This document shows, in pieces, positions 1 through 10,793 of a DNA stretch of 64,000 nt (its first letter is position 1; each line of letters opens with the position of its first letter). The stretch covers positions 21,719-85,718 of the forward strand of contig PSLL01000005.1 of the NCBI GenBank assembly GCA_040289575.1, read 5' to 3'. Source of the DNA: Candidatus Dadabacteria bacterium (GTDB taxonomy: Bacteria > Desulfobacterota_D > UBA1144 > Nemesobacterales > CSP1-2). Under the pieces are notes generated by a model. The model was given only the letters and a program-made list of their open reading frames with translations, did no database searches and was not told where the DNA came from. A program made the translations under genes and the position numbers.

Positions 1-242
1 ACGTGATTCCTCAGGACGAGGCTAGAAGACAAAAATTCAGGAAAATAGGGGAGTTCTTTCCAAGAGAGGCGGTTCTTGATTTTACAATAACCGGATCAAA
101 GAAGGACTGCATAAAGAAGATTGAGGAGTTCATTGACAAGGGTGTAAGGCATTTTGTCCTCTTCTACCGATTTAGTCCCGATCCGGATAAGGCCCTTAAA
201 ACATATGCAAGGGATATAATTCCCTACTTTAAGAATAAATAG
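1..242 (+). CDS. C-terminal end of a luciferase-like (LLM-class) flavin-dependent oxidoreductase; the 5' part lies outside the window
   Basis: The ORF runs in from the window edge. The tail ...FTITGSKKDCIKKIEEFIDKGVRHFVLF resembles LLM-family C-termini. Confidence 0.45.
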   Translation, partial: VIPQDEARRQKFRKIGEFFPREAVLDFTITGSKKDCIKKIEEFIDKGVRHFVLFYRFSPDPDKALKTYARDIIPYFKNK

Positions 243-412
243 ATATTCGGCCACTGGGACACCGAGACGCGAATAGAGAAATAGAGAAATGGTATTAACT
301 TGAAAATTCCCTGTAATAAGCTACAGGGTTAGTAGTAATCTGTATGTTTGGGAGAAGAGACAGATATAAGGATACCCTTGTGCCAATTCGTGGCTAAGGC
401 AGGTAAAACGTA

Positions 413-1588
413 ATGGCCGTTCCACTTAAATATAATATTCGTAATCTGTTTGTCCGTAAGGTTACAACAGGCCTGACTGTTCTAGGGATTGGTCTTGTTG
501 TGGCGGTCTTTCTCTCAGTCATGTCTCTTGCCGAGGGATTAACCCGTGTTTTTCAAGTATCCGGTTCAAAGAGGAATGTCCTAGTCCTCCGTCAAAACTC
601 TCAATCCGAGGTTCAATCGGGTATTTCTCGTGAACAGGTCTCTCTCATTGAAACTCTACCTGGAATTGAGGTAGATAAGGATGGAAGCCCCTTGGCTTCT
701 CCAGAATTGGTCGTTATGCTCAACTTAGAGAAGATTGGAGGAGGGACTGCTAATGTCACGATTAGGGGGATCTCAGAGAAGGGCCCAATTTTAAGGCCGC
801 ATTTCAAACTGATTGAGGGGCGCATGTTCAGACCTGGTCTTTCTGAGGTCATCGTTTCTCGGAGTATATCGCAGCGTTTTAAGAACTGTCGTTTCGGCGA
901 TACAATCCAATTTGGTGTTTATCGATGGAATGTTGTAGGGATATTTAACGCGGGCGGAACCGCACCGGATAGCGAGATCTGGACGGATGTAGAAGGGGCG
1001 ATGACTGACTTTAAAAGGCCAAACTATTCATCGGTCCTTGTCAGAACAATAGATAAAACCGCTCGAGACCAGTTTATTGCAAATCTGGCCGAAGACCCAC
1101 GTCTTGCTCTTGAGGGAAAATTGGAACGCACATACTATGAGCAACAGACATCCACCGCCGCTCCCATTAAGTTCTTCGGCATACTCATCGGGGTCATAAT
1201 GGCTATCGGGGCGAGCTTCGGTGCTATGAATACAATGTATGCGACTGTCTCTGCCCGTACACAAGAGGTTGCAATGCTACGCATTCTCGGCTTCTCGCGC
1301 CTGGCAATACTGGTTTCATTCGTCATTGAATCGGTGTTCCTTGCTCTTTTGGGGGGCATACTTGGTTGTCTGTTTGGGGCATTGGCTATCAAACTCGCCC
1401 TCTCTGGGGTGACTGGCACAATCAATTTTACCACCTTCTCTGAGATTGTCTTTGCCTTTAGGCTGACTCCTCAACTCCTGATAACCGCAATCATCTTTTC
1501 TATTTTTATTGGATTACTCGGTGGGGTATTGCCTGCCAGCCAGGCAGCATTTACTAGAATCACACTTGCCCTCAGACGCGTGGGGTAG
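413..1588 (+). CDS. ABC transporter permease of the FtsX/MacB/LolE family, with no adjacent ATPase
   Basis: 391 aa with an N-terminal TM helix, a large periplasmic domain and three C-terminal TM helices, the layout of FtsX-type permeases. Confidence 0.75.
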   Translation: MAVPLKYNIRNLFVRKVTTGLTVLGIGLVVAVFLSVMSLAEGLTRVFQVSGSKRNVLVLRQNSQSEVQSGISREQVSLIETLPGIEVDKDGSPLASPELVVMLNLEKIGGGTANVTIRGISEKGPILRPHFKLIEGRMFRPGLSEVIVSRSISQRFKNCRFGDTIQFGVYRWNVVGIFNAGGTAPDSEIWTDVEGAMTDFKRPNYSSVLVRTIDKTARDQFIANLAEDPRLALEGKLERTYYEQQTSTAAPIKFFGILIGVIMAIGASFGAMNTMYATVSARTQEVAMLRILGFSRLAILVSFVIESVFLALLGGILGCLFGALAIKLALSGVTGTINFTTFSEIVFAFRLTPQLLITAIIFSIFIGLLGGVLPASQAAFTRITLALRRVG

Positions 1589-1599
1589 GTCTCCATACA

Positions 1600-2895
1600 C
1601 TAATTCTCATCCCAAATTCCCATGTATTTATTCCCAAACGGGCATCTTTTGAGTTTTATGTGCTCTTCAAATTCATGGCGGAATTTCTTTACGATTGACT
1701 CAATCGGCATTGCGCATCCGTCGGCGAGCGCACATATCGTCGTCCCTTTCATCTGAAAGCACGCATCAATTATAGTATCAATATATTCCATCCTTCCTCT
1801 CCCCTCTTCAATTCTTGAGAGCATCTTCTCAAGCCACCAAGTGCCCTCTCTACACTGAACGCACTGACCGCATGATTCATCTCTATAGAAATGTGCTAGG
1901 TTTTGTGCAACCCTGACCATACAAGTATTGTCGTCCATCACAGTTACACCCGCAGTGCCGAGCATTGAACCCGCCTTCATCAGTGAATCGAAATCCATTG
2001 GAATATCGATCTCTTCTGCCGTAAGCACGGCTGCCGATGAGCCGCCGGGGGAGATTGCTTTTATCTGCCTTCCATTCCTTATCCCGTCCCCATAATCATA
2101 GATTAGTTCTCGAAGTGGAATTCCGAGTGGCAGTTCATAGAGTCCGGGTCTATTTATACTTCCGCTAAGCCCGTATAACTTCGTTCCTGTATTTTTGGGG
2201 GTGCCTATGCCTGCGAACCACTCCGCGCCTCTGTTGATTATATGGGGCACGCATGCCAGTGTTTCGACATTATTTACAACCGTCGGGCATCCAAAAAGCC
2301 CTATCTGTGCTGGAAATGGGGGCTTGGGTCTTGGCTCCCCGTTTTTCCCTTCAATTGATTCGAGAAGCCCGGTCTCCTCTCCGCATATATATGCACCCGC
2401 ACCTCTAAACAAGGCGACATCGAGATTGAATCTAGAGCCTAGAATGTTCTCTCCGAGAAATCCCTTTTCATAGGCCTCACGAATCGCCTTTTGGAGAATC
2501 CTAGCAGCCTTAGGCATCTCACCCCTTATGTATATGTAGCATTTATGAGAACCCACCGCATAACAGGCAATAATAATCCCTTCGATCATCTGGTGCGGAT
2601 CGCGCTCTATGATCTCCCTATCCTTAAAACTCCCCGGCTCGCTCTCATCTGCATTGCAGCAGAGATAAACCGGTTTCTTAGAGTCCCTGGGAATAAAGCT
2701 CCATTTAACCCCCGTTGGAAACCCTGCGCCGCCGCGGCCTCGGAGCCCCGATTTCTTTACCTCTTCGACTATCGCGATCGGGTCCATATTGAGGGCTTTA
2801 GGGAGAGCAGTATATCCGCCTGAGGCGATATATGACTCAATTGATTCAGAGTTTGGGCGATCCACGTATGTCCGTATAATCCTCATCTCAGGCAT
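1600..2895 (-). CDS. nuoF: NADH-quinone oxidoreductase subunit F-like (51-kDa flavoprotein, NAD/FMN/4Fe-4S); standalone
   Basis: GRGGAGFPTGVKW FMN/NADH motif and the 4Fe-4S cluster motif ESCGQCVQCREG. 431 aa matches NuoF size. No nuoE is adjacent. Confidence 0.85.
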   Translation of the reverse strand: MPEMRIIRTYVDRPNSESIESYIASGGYTALPKALNMDPIAIVEEVKKSGLRGRGGAGFPTGVKWSFIPRDSKKPVYLCCNADESEPGSFKDREIIERDPHQMIEGIIIACYAVGSHKCYIYIRGEMPKAARILQKAIREAYEKGFLGENILGSRFNLDVALFRGAGAYICGEETGLLESIEGKNGEPRPKPPFPAQIGLFGCPTVVNNVETLACVPHIINRGAEWFAGIGTPKNTGTKLYGLSGSINRPGLYELPLGIPLRELIYDYGDGIRNGRQIKAISPGGSSAAVLTAEEIDIPMDFDSLMKAGSMLGTAGVTVMDDNTCMVRVAQNLAHFYRDESCGQCVQCREGTWWLEKMLSRIEEGRGRMEYIDTIIDACFQMKGTTICALADGCAMPIESIVKKFRHEFEEHIKLKRCPFGNKYMGIWDEN

Positions 2896-3006
2896 CTTCT
2901 CATTCCTCTAATTGCATTTGAGATTATTTTAAATGGATTCTAAGATGGTTGGCAAGCATAAACGAGTTTTGACTCCTTTTTTTCTTGTGTATAATCTCTT
3001 TTCACA

Positions 3007-4296
3007 TTGAGGATAATTAGAATTAAAAAGGACAATCTGGAGAAGAGACTAAAAGGAATAAGAGGTGCTTCACCCATTTCCGACAGGCGTATTGAGATGT
3101 CCGTTAGAAGGATAGTCGAGTCTGTGAGGAAAGACGGCGACCGGGCATTATTTGAATATACAAAGAGATTCGATAAAGTAGGGCTTTCTCCAAGGACCGT
3201 TAGGGTCTCGGATAAAGAAATCCAGAATGCGGAAGCCCGGGTCTCGGATGAGATAAAATCTGACCTCGCCCTCGCCGCAGAGAGGATAAGGGACTATCAC
3301 GAAAGGAAGCTCCCTCATGAAAGGACATTTACCGATTCTCTGGGGAATGAACTCGGCTGGGTTCTGAGGCCGATACAGAGGGTAGGGATTTATGTTCCTG
3401 GCGGAAAGGCCGCATATCCCTCTACGGTTCTTATGACTGTGATTCCCGCAAAGATCGCCGGGGTTGAAGAGGTGTTTTTGGTTACCCCATGCCCGAATGG
3501 GGAGATAAATCCCACAGTTCTTGTTGCCGCATATATTGCCGGAGCAAATGCAATCTACAAGATAGGGGGCGCACAGGCGATTGCCGCCCTTGCCTTTGGA
3601 ACCCGGTCAATTCCAAAGGTGGATAAGATTGTGGGGCCCGGGAATATATATGTGACCATTGCCAAAAAACTCGTATTCGGGTTTGTGGATATTGACATGA
3701 TAGCAGGCCCAAGCGAGGTTCTCGTGATCTCAGATGGCAGCGTACCCGCCAAGTGGATTGCATCAGACCTCCTGGCTCAATCTGAACACGATGAGATGGC
3801 GGTGCCGATTCTTGTAACAAACTCGGCTCAATTTGCAAAAGATGTAAATCAAGAGGTCTCAAAGAGGCTCAGAAGTCTACAGAAAAGAAACATTGCGGGA
3901 GAGGCCATGAGGAATTGGGGAAGGATTTTTGTCGTGGATACACTCGATGAAGCTGTCTTTGTATCAAATGCAATTGCCCCTGAGCATCTGGAACTCTGTG
4001 TAGAAAACCCCAAGGCTCTTCTTTCCAAGGTTAAACACGCAGGAGCGATCTTTCTTGGGTCTATGTCAACCGAGGCGTTTGGGGACTATATTGCAGGCCC
4101 AAGCCATGTGCTTCCAACGGGCGGCGCTGCGAGATTCTCCTCTCCTCTCAGCGTTTATGATTTCCTGAGAATGCCCAGCGTAATCTCAATTTCGGAAGGG
4201 GGGTTTCGAGAGCTTGCAGATTCGGTTATGAACTTTGCGTATAGCGAAGGATTAGAGGCCCACGCACTCTCGGTTAAGGTGAGACTTGAGGAGTAG
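3007..4296 (+). CDS. hisD: Histidinol dehydrogenase
   Basis: 429 aa with a TTG start. Carries the conserved HisD motifs IAGPSEVLVISDG and SEHDEMAVPILV. Confidence 0.9.
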   Translation: MRIIRIKKDNLEKRLKGIRGASPISDRRIEMSVRRIVESVRKDGDRALFEYTKRFDKVGLSPRTVRVSDKEIQNAEARVSDEIKSDLALAAERIRDYHERKLPHERTFTDSLGNELGWVLRPIQRVGIYVPGGKAAYPSTVLMTVIPAKIAGVEEVFLVTPCPNGEINPTVLVAAYIAGANAIYKIGGAQAIAALAFGTRSIPKVDKIVGPGNIYVTIAKKLVFGFVDIDMIAGPSEVLVISDGSVPAKWIASDLLAQSEHDEMAVPILVTNSAQFAKDVNQEVSKRLRSLQKRNIAGEAMRNWGRIFVVDTLDEAVFVSNAIAPEHLELCVENPKALLSKVKHAGAIFLGSMSTEAFGDYIAGPSHVLPTGGAARFSSPLSVYDFLRMPSVISISEGGFRELADSVMNFAYSEGLEAHALSVKVRLEE

Positions 4297-4538
4297 AGTC
4301 GGATAACGTTTGTTGTGAAAATGGGTGAGCGTCTAATCCAGGCAATATAACTCTTTCCTGTGCGAAAGGAGTAGAGCTTGCATCTTACAGTATGACGAGC
4401 CGATCGGGCATTTTCTTTAGGCACTGTTCCATAATTTTTCGTACTCATTGACTTAAAGATGTATTCTCAAGTGTACTCCTCAACAAAAGAAAAAGTGACA
4501 ATCTCATTTGTATAAATAACCCAAAAAGGAGGGCAGAA

Positions 4539-5159
4539 ATGAAATGCATTGACACCATAGCGGTATTGATGGTATTGGCTTTGGTAATCGCACTACCATC
4601 CCTTGCTATCGATCAAACTAAGGGTAAGCCGTCCGCGACAACGGCGAAGAAGGCTGCTGCTTCGAAGATGACAGATGCACAGAAGATCGTGCTCGCTATG
4701 AGTGCGGGGCCGGCGGAGATTGCGAAAAACGCCACAATAGTAGATATGACAGACATGTCTGGCGGTCAGATGAAGCAACTAAGGGAAGGCACGAACGGGT
4801 GGATATGCTACGCGGTTATAGGTGCGCCGATGTGCCTCGACAAAGAGTGGCAGAAGTGGGCCGAAGCTTGGATGAGTAAGGGCGAACCAAAGATCGAGGG
4901 GACAGGTATTGGATATATGCTTCGCGGAGATCAAGGTGCAAGCAACGTCGACCCGTATGCCACGGGACCTGCTGCTGATAATCAGTGGGTGGTCTCGCCT
5001 CCTCATATAATGGTGCTCTACCAGGATCCTAAGATGCTTGATGCCTTTCCCACGGATCCGAAGAGCGGCGGGCCTTGGGTAATGTGGAAGGGTACACCGT
5101 ACGCACATGTCATGGTACCGGTATCACCCACAAAGACGGTTGCAATGCCTTCCAAGTAG
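4539..5159 (+). CDS. Secreted hypothetical protein with a signal peptide, first gene of the GC-rich island
   Basis: N-terminal hydrophobic signal MKCIDTIAVLMVLALVIALPSLA. GC-rich codon usage sets it apart from the flanking his genes. Confidence 0.5.
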   Translation: MKCIDTIAVLMVLALVIALPSLAIDQTKGKPSATTAKKAAASKMTDAQKIVLAMSAGPAEIAKNATIVDMTDMSGGQMKQLREGTNGWICYAVIGAPMCLDKEWQKWAEAWMSKGEPKIEGTGIGYMLRGDQGASNVDPYATGPAADNQWVVSPPHIMVLYQDPKMLDAFPTDPKSGGPWVMWKGTPYAHVMVPVSPTKTVAMPSK

Positions 5160-5645
5160 CGAGCCAAGTCAAAGACCAAAAGGCTCGGTTTCCTTTGACG
5201 GGGGCTAACACCGGTTGAAGCGGAGCCACACCGATGAATGCTTTGCTTACCTCCAACATCTCAAATATAGGGGGAGACAGAGTATGGGAAGTCAATTCTG
5301 GTTATTCACTCTATTGTTGATCCTATACATCTCGGTATCTGCCCATCATCCTCGCCAAGATGGCGGCTGGATATTCGATCCCGTGACACTGGCATACGCC
5401 GAATGAACACCTGATGATGGTAAGTGGCGTCGCTCGTCTGGAAGTGAGAGAGGGGAAAGCCATCAGAGAAACAGCGGTGACATCGAAATGAAGTAGTGAA
5501 TGTACAGCCCGCCGCCCAACAAGCCATGTTACCGACTAAGCATTGCACCTACCAATCTTCATCTTTGAGAAATAATACTCGGCGTGGATTAAGAAAAGAA
5601 ATCCGCAATTCCAGTTGAGTCGGGTTTTGGTACTTTGATCCTTAT

Positions 5646-6590
5646 CTAGGCCCTCATACGAGCTGCCATTTGACGCAATTTTGTGATGTCGCGTAACGGC
5701 GGCTCACCAAACAAACGCCTATACTTGCGGCTGAATTGGGAAGGGCTCTCATAGCCAACCTGAAACGCCGCGGTTGCTGCATGCAGATGCTCCGTGAGTA
5801 TGAGCCGCCTCGCTTCGTTCAAACGCAACCATTTTTGGTACTGTAGCGGGCTCATGGCTGTAAGCGCTCGGAAGTGATGATGGAAGGTCGATGTACTCAT
5901 ATGGACTTGGGCTGCAAGGTCATCGATACGCAATGGCCGTGTGAAGTTACTCTTCAACCAATCGATTGCCCGCGCTATCTGATGACCCTGACTTCCCGCC
6001 GACGCTATCTCGCGCAGACGCGCTCCTTGATTACCCATGAGTAAACGGTACATGATTTCCCGCTGGAAGATCGGCGCAAGGATAGGGATATCCTGCGGTT
6101 CGGCAAGCAAGCCAATCAACCGTTGAAAGGCATTGAGCAGCGGTAACGTGACCTCACCGAGTACCATTCCGCGGCTCGATTGCTGTGCACGCGGCGGAGG
6201 AAGATGGCTCTCCACTATCAGCTGTGAAATCTCAAGCAGATCGAGTTTCAATCGGAGACCCAGGTAAGGCCTCTCCCGGCTCGCTTTGATAACCTGCACA
6301 ACCGTGGGTAGATCCACGGTTGTGATCAAAAAATGGCGTGTGTCATACACATAGATATCTTTTCCGAGCAGCACGCTTTTGACCCCTTGTGCGATCAAGC
6401 AAATGCTCGGCTCTTGCATGTAGCTCGTCGGCTGGGTTGGTTCGTCCTGCCGAAAAAGCGACAAGCCAGGGATCGCAGTCACAAGCTGGTTACTGTTGGC
6501 GGTCAATCGGGCAATGCTCTTCCCCAAAGATTCGAGCGCAACTTCCATTCTGTTACTCTCAAACTCCTTATTGACGGCCAGCTTACGCAT
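5646..6590 (-). CDS. AraC-family transcriptional regulator
   Basis: The C-terminal dual-HTH AraC signature (...TSTFHHHFRALTAMSPLQYQKWLRLNEARRLI...GYESPSQFSRKYRRLFGEPP) with an N-terminal ligand-binding domain. It is divergent from the ADH gene. Confidence 0.85.
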   Translation of the reverse strand: MRKLAVNKEFESNRMEVALESLGKSIARLTANSNQLVTAIPGLSLFRQDEPTQPTSYMQEPSICLIAQGVKSVLLGKDIYVYDTRHFLITTVDLPTVVQVIKASRERPYLGLRLKLDLLEISQLIVESHLPPPRAQQSSRGMVLGEVTLPLLNAFQRLIGLLAEPQDIPILAPIFQREIMYRLLMGNQGARLREIASAGSQGHQIARAIDWLKSNFTRPLRIDDLAAQVHMSTSTFHHHFRALTAMSPLQYQKWLRLNEARRLILTEHLHAATAAFQVGYESPSQFSRKYRRLFGEPPLRDITKLRQMAARMRA

Positions 6591-6810
6591 TGATATCTCC
6601 TATCTAACACGTTACCAGACCCCGCTTTGCTGTACAACCTCATTTATCGAAGAGCTCGGACGATTAGGCAAGAAATGAGTAGAATTGGTCTATCTACCTT
6701 TGTCATTCGTGAATATACTGAATTATCAACAGAGTAGCAAATAGATATAAATAACATCTGGTTTATCACACCGCATGCTCGAGTATTTTGTATATTTGGA
6801 GGATAAATCC

Positions 6811-7866
6811 ATGTACAACACGAAAGCTTACTCCGCTGCCAGTGAGACATCACCGCTTGTTCCCACCACGATCCCGCGGCGCGATCCCACAGAATGCGAC
6901 ATTCAGATCGAAATCCTCTTCTGCGGCATCTGCCACTCTGACCTCCACCAAGTACGTAACGAGTGGAGCAGTATTCCAACCATCTATCCCTGCGTGCCGG
7001 GCCACGAGATCGTCGGCTGTGTGACCAAGGTTGGCTCGGCAGTTACCAAGTACAAGCCCGGCGAACTTGTCGCAGTTGGTTGCATGGTCGACTCCGATGG
7101 TACCTGTGCCGATTGTAAAGCCGGCTTTGAGCAGTTCTGCCCGAACGTAACCTTCACCTACAACTCCCCGGACAAGCACCTCGGAGGCGTCACCTATGGT
7201 GGCTACTCCGAGAGTATCGTCGTTGATGAAGGCTTCGTTCTGCGCGTTCCCTCCAATCTCGATCCCGCTGGAGCTGCGCCTCTTCTTTGCGCCGGGATCA
7301 CAACATACTCGGCGTTACGACGCGGGAGCGTCACAAAGGGCAAGAAAGTTGGTGTGGTCGGTCTCGGCGGACTAGGCCACATGGGTGTGAAGTTTGCTCA
7401 TGCGCTCGGAGCCCACGTCGTTGTCTTTACCACTTCGCCCAGCAAGAAGGAGGACGCGCTCCGCTTTGGTGCCGACGAAGTCGTCGTCTCCCACAACATC
7501 GATGAGATGCAGAAGCACGCCGTCAGCTTCGACTTCATCCTCGACGCCGTCTCCGCCAATCACGACATCAACACCTATATCAACCTGCTACGCCGCGACG
7601 GCAACATCACCCTTGTCGGTGCACCAGAGAAGCCCCTTAGCATCTCGGCCCTTGGCCTCATCATCAGGCGCCGCAGTCTGTCCGGCTCTATGATAGGCGG
7701 CATCGAAGAAACCCAGGAGATGCTCGACTTTTGTGGGGCACATAACATCACAGCCGATGTCGAGGTCATTCCCATACAGAAGGTCAATGAAGCATATGAA
7801 AGACTGCTCAAGTCCGATGTGAAGTACCGATTTTCCATCGACATGGCTTCTCTCAGATCCGAATAA
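6811..7866 (+). CDS. Zinc-dependent NADP alcohol dehydrogenase of the YahK/cinnamyl-ADH type
   Basis: GICHSDLH catalytic zinc motif and a GLGGLGHMG Rossmann motif. The start was moved to MYNTKAYS, which sits after a GGAGGA Shine-Dalgarno sequence. Confidence 0.85.
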   Translation: MYNTKAYSAASETSPLVPTTIPRRDPTECDIQIEILFCGICHSDLHQVRNEWSSIPTIYPCVPGHEIVGCVTKVGSAVTKYKPGELVAVGCMVDSDGTCADCKAGFEQFCPNVTFTYNSPDKHLGGVTYGGYSESIVVDEGFVLRVPSNLDPAGAAPLLCAGITTYSALRRGSVTKGKKVGVVGLGGLGHMGVKFAHALGAHVVVFTTSPSKKEDALRFGADEVVVSHNIDEMQKHAVSFDFILDAVSANHDINTYINLLRRDGNITLVGAPEKPLSISALGLIIRRRSLSGSMIGGIEETQEMLDFCGAHNITADVEVIPIQKVNEAYERLLKSDVKYRFSIDMASLRSE

Positions 7867-8310
<444 letters not shown>

Positions 8311-9401
8311 CATGACAGCACTCGACGGATGGGAAAATTTCTACGTAATCGTCGGCTCGTCTGCTGGTGCCCTGATCGGATTGCAGTTCGTCGTCGTTAC
8401 GCTCATTGCCGATAGGCCGGCACTACGTACAGCGGAAGCTGGCGCCGCATTTGGGGACTTATGGCGCTTGATTTCTCTCTGTTTAGCCCATGTTGGAATT
8501 TACCCAGCAAAAGCGTCAGTCTAAATCAGCGCTGTATAATATAGTTGGGCTTCATCAATGCAAAATCTTCATTCGGTTCAAAGTTAAAGCGAAGGAAATA
8601 AAGCTAAGATTCAGAAGGCCCGTCCCTGTTTAGTGGTTTTTCCCTATGAAATGAACCGTCACATCTAATACTAATTCTATAAACTAATGGTGCATTAATA
8701 ATGAAGATGTCATTGCGAGCGATGTGGTTCCCTAAATATCCTCCCTCTGGATAACTACCCCAGATCCCAGCAAAGCAATCCCACAAATAAAGATTGCTTC
8801 ACATCCTTTGGATGTTCGCATTCATTATGCACAATGAGAAAATATAATTGGTATAAGCAACCCAAATGTAAATTGTGTTTTTTTGACATATATATGTCAG
8901 TATGTCAAAATTTCCTAGAAAAGATGACAATATATCTTGATGAGCGAAAGGAAGACGGGTTGATATGACCGATATAATACGAGGCGTACTTAGGAAATAT
9001 ATGAAAAAAAGAGGGATAAAGTTAGAGGGAAAGGTCACACGAAGAGTGCTTTTAATTAGAAGCGTGCTTGACAGCGAAGGGTTTGAAAGAAGGGTTCGTG
9101 AAGTAAAGGAAGCATTGTCGGAATGAAAAGTCCCCTCTGTGTAGGTATAACATTGTTTTACTTACTAATATACCTAAATGGAAGCTGTTATTCCCGAATA
9201 TTAATCGGAAACCTAATATGAATAACCTTTCGGGTTAAATCGGGGGGTAAGCTTGTCCCCACATGCTTTTATTGGGGAACGTTCTGGTATAAAAACTGTA
9301 TCGTAAGCCTGTCGAACGGTCAATTTGGCATAGAATAATATGCGTCACATGAGTTAAAATTGGTAGCTGAAATTCCCGGTAAATATTAAGGAGTAAATAT
9401 T

Positions 9402-10793
9402 TTGGAAATAATATGTTCATTCTGTGATATTTCATATGAAGAAAATAAATCAATCATTCAAAGAGGAGAATTCTCTATTTGTAGGGAGTGCCTTAATCTT
9501 GTAAAGGAAATCCTGGATGAGTTCAGTATGGGTGAGGTATTCGAGGGAAAGGATGCGTGCTCTTTCTGTGGAAGGGAACAGAGTAGGGAGAGAATGGTGT
9601 TTCAGGGGAAAAGGGCGAGGATCTGTAGTGATTGCGTGGGTGAAATCGAAGAAGAGATAAAAAGAAAAGATAAGGCAGTCTCAGAAAAAGCCCCCAAGGG
9701 ACGAAAGAAAAAGCCGACGGAGCAATATGAGGATATTGTGAGATCAAGGGTGAAAAAGGGTATACAAAGGCTCTCCGCCTACTCCGTTCCTCATGTGGAT
9801 TGCCGTGTGAAACTCGATGGAAATGAAAGCCCTTTTTCCCTTCCCCCTGAAATCCTGGAGAAGGTTCTTAAAGTGATAAAAAAGGTTCCGATTAATCGGT
9901 ATCCAGACCCTGGGGCAAGGGTTTTAAGAGAGAAGATTTCAAGAATAATCGGATTTCCCTCAGAGGGGATTGTGTTGGGCAATGGCTCAGACGAACTTAT
10001 AGGGATGCTAATGACAACGTTTTCGGGTGGAACCGGAAGGGTGCTTTATCCTGTGCCAACATTTTCAATGTATAGAATAATGGGCATTGCCCTTGGACTT
10101 AAACCCGTTGAGATTGAGCTTGATGAGGGGTTTGACATTGATGTTGATGTGACTCTAAAAGAGATAAAGAGGAAGAATCCAGATTTGATTTTTCTTGCCT
10201 CTCCCAACAACCCTACGGGAAACAGGTTCTCCGATGAGAGGATCTTTAATATTCTCAGCGGCTCAAATGGCATTGTCGTTTTGGATGAAGCCTACTGTGA
10301 TTTTTCTGGAAGGACTTTTCTTTCCCTAATTGAGAAATACGAGAATCTCGTAGTTCTAAGGTCTATGTCGAAGGTCGGATTTGCGGGTATAAGGATGGGG
10401 ATGCTCTTTGGAAGGGATGAGATTGCAAGGGAGATAAATAAAGTGCGCCTTCCATACAATGTAAACTCCTTCAGCCAGCGTATAGCCGAGGTAATTCTCG
10501 ACAACGTGGAGTTTGTAGGGAAGAATGCACAACTCATAACGTTAGAGCGGGATAGGGTTTATAACGCGCTGAAACTCATGAGTGGAGTCGAGGTATATCC
10601 AAGCGATGCAAATTTTATCCTGTTCAGGGTAAACGATGCGGATAGGGTCTTTGGAGGGCTTATAGAAAGGGGGGTATTAATTAGAAATTTTAATTCTCCC
10701 GGAAGACTGAAGAACTGCCTGCGCGTAACCATAGGAACACCGGAGGAAAACGACACCTTCCTTGTAGCTTTAGGTAAGGTTCTTTCTTCCTAA
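9402..10793 (+). CDS. hisC: Histidinol-phosphate aminotransferase carrying an N-terminal extension of about 105 aa with two ClpX-type zinc-binding-like C4 modules
   Basis: Residues from about 105 onward align with HisC (LDGNESPF, PNNPTG, SMSKVGFAGIRMG). The N-terminus has CSFCDIS...ICRECLNLVKEIL and CSFCGREQ...ICSDCVGEIEEEI, both matching the ClpX ZBD pattern. Confidence 0.85.
   Translation: MEIICSFCDISYEENKSIIQRGEFSICRECLNLVKEILDEFSMGEVFEGKDACSFCGREQSRERMVFQGKRARICSDCVGEIEEEIKRKDKAVSEKAPKGRKKKPTEQYEDIVRSRVKKGIQRLSAYSVPHVDCRVKLDGNESPFSLPPEILEKVLKVIKKVPINRYPDPGARVLREKISRIIGFPSEGIVLGNGSDELIGMLMTTFSGGTGRVLYPVPTFSMYRIMGIALGLKPVEIELDEGFDIDVDVTLKEIKRKNPDLIFLASPNNPTGNRFSDERIFNILSGSNGIVVLDEAYCDFSGRTFLSLIEKYENLVVLRSMSKVGFAGIRMGMLFGRDEIAREINKVRLPYNVNSFSQRIAEVILDNVEFVGKNAQLITLERDRVYNALKLMSGVEVYPSDANFILFRVNDADRVFGGLIERGVLIRNFNSPGRLKNCLRVTIGTPEENDTFLVALGKVLSS

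Noticed and set aside
613-1434. Minus-strand ORFs inside the FtsX permease gene (613..852, 1028..1264, 1135..1434)
   Set aside because: Fully embedded antisense to a well-supported CDS. Low-complexity translations. These are shadow ORFs.
8799-9038. Minus-strand 79-aa ORF in the hisC leader
   Set aside because: Extremely AT-rich, with a Phe/Ile/Leu-rich low-complexity translation typical of AT-rich non-coding DNA.
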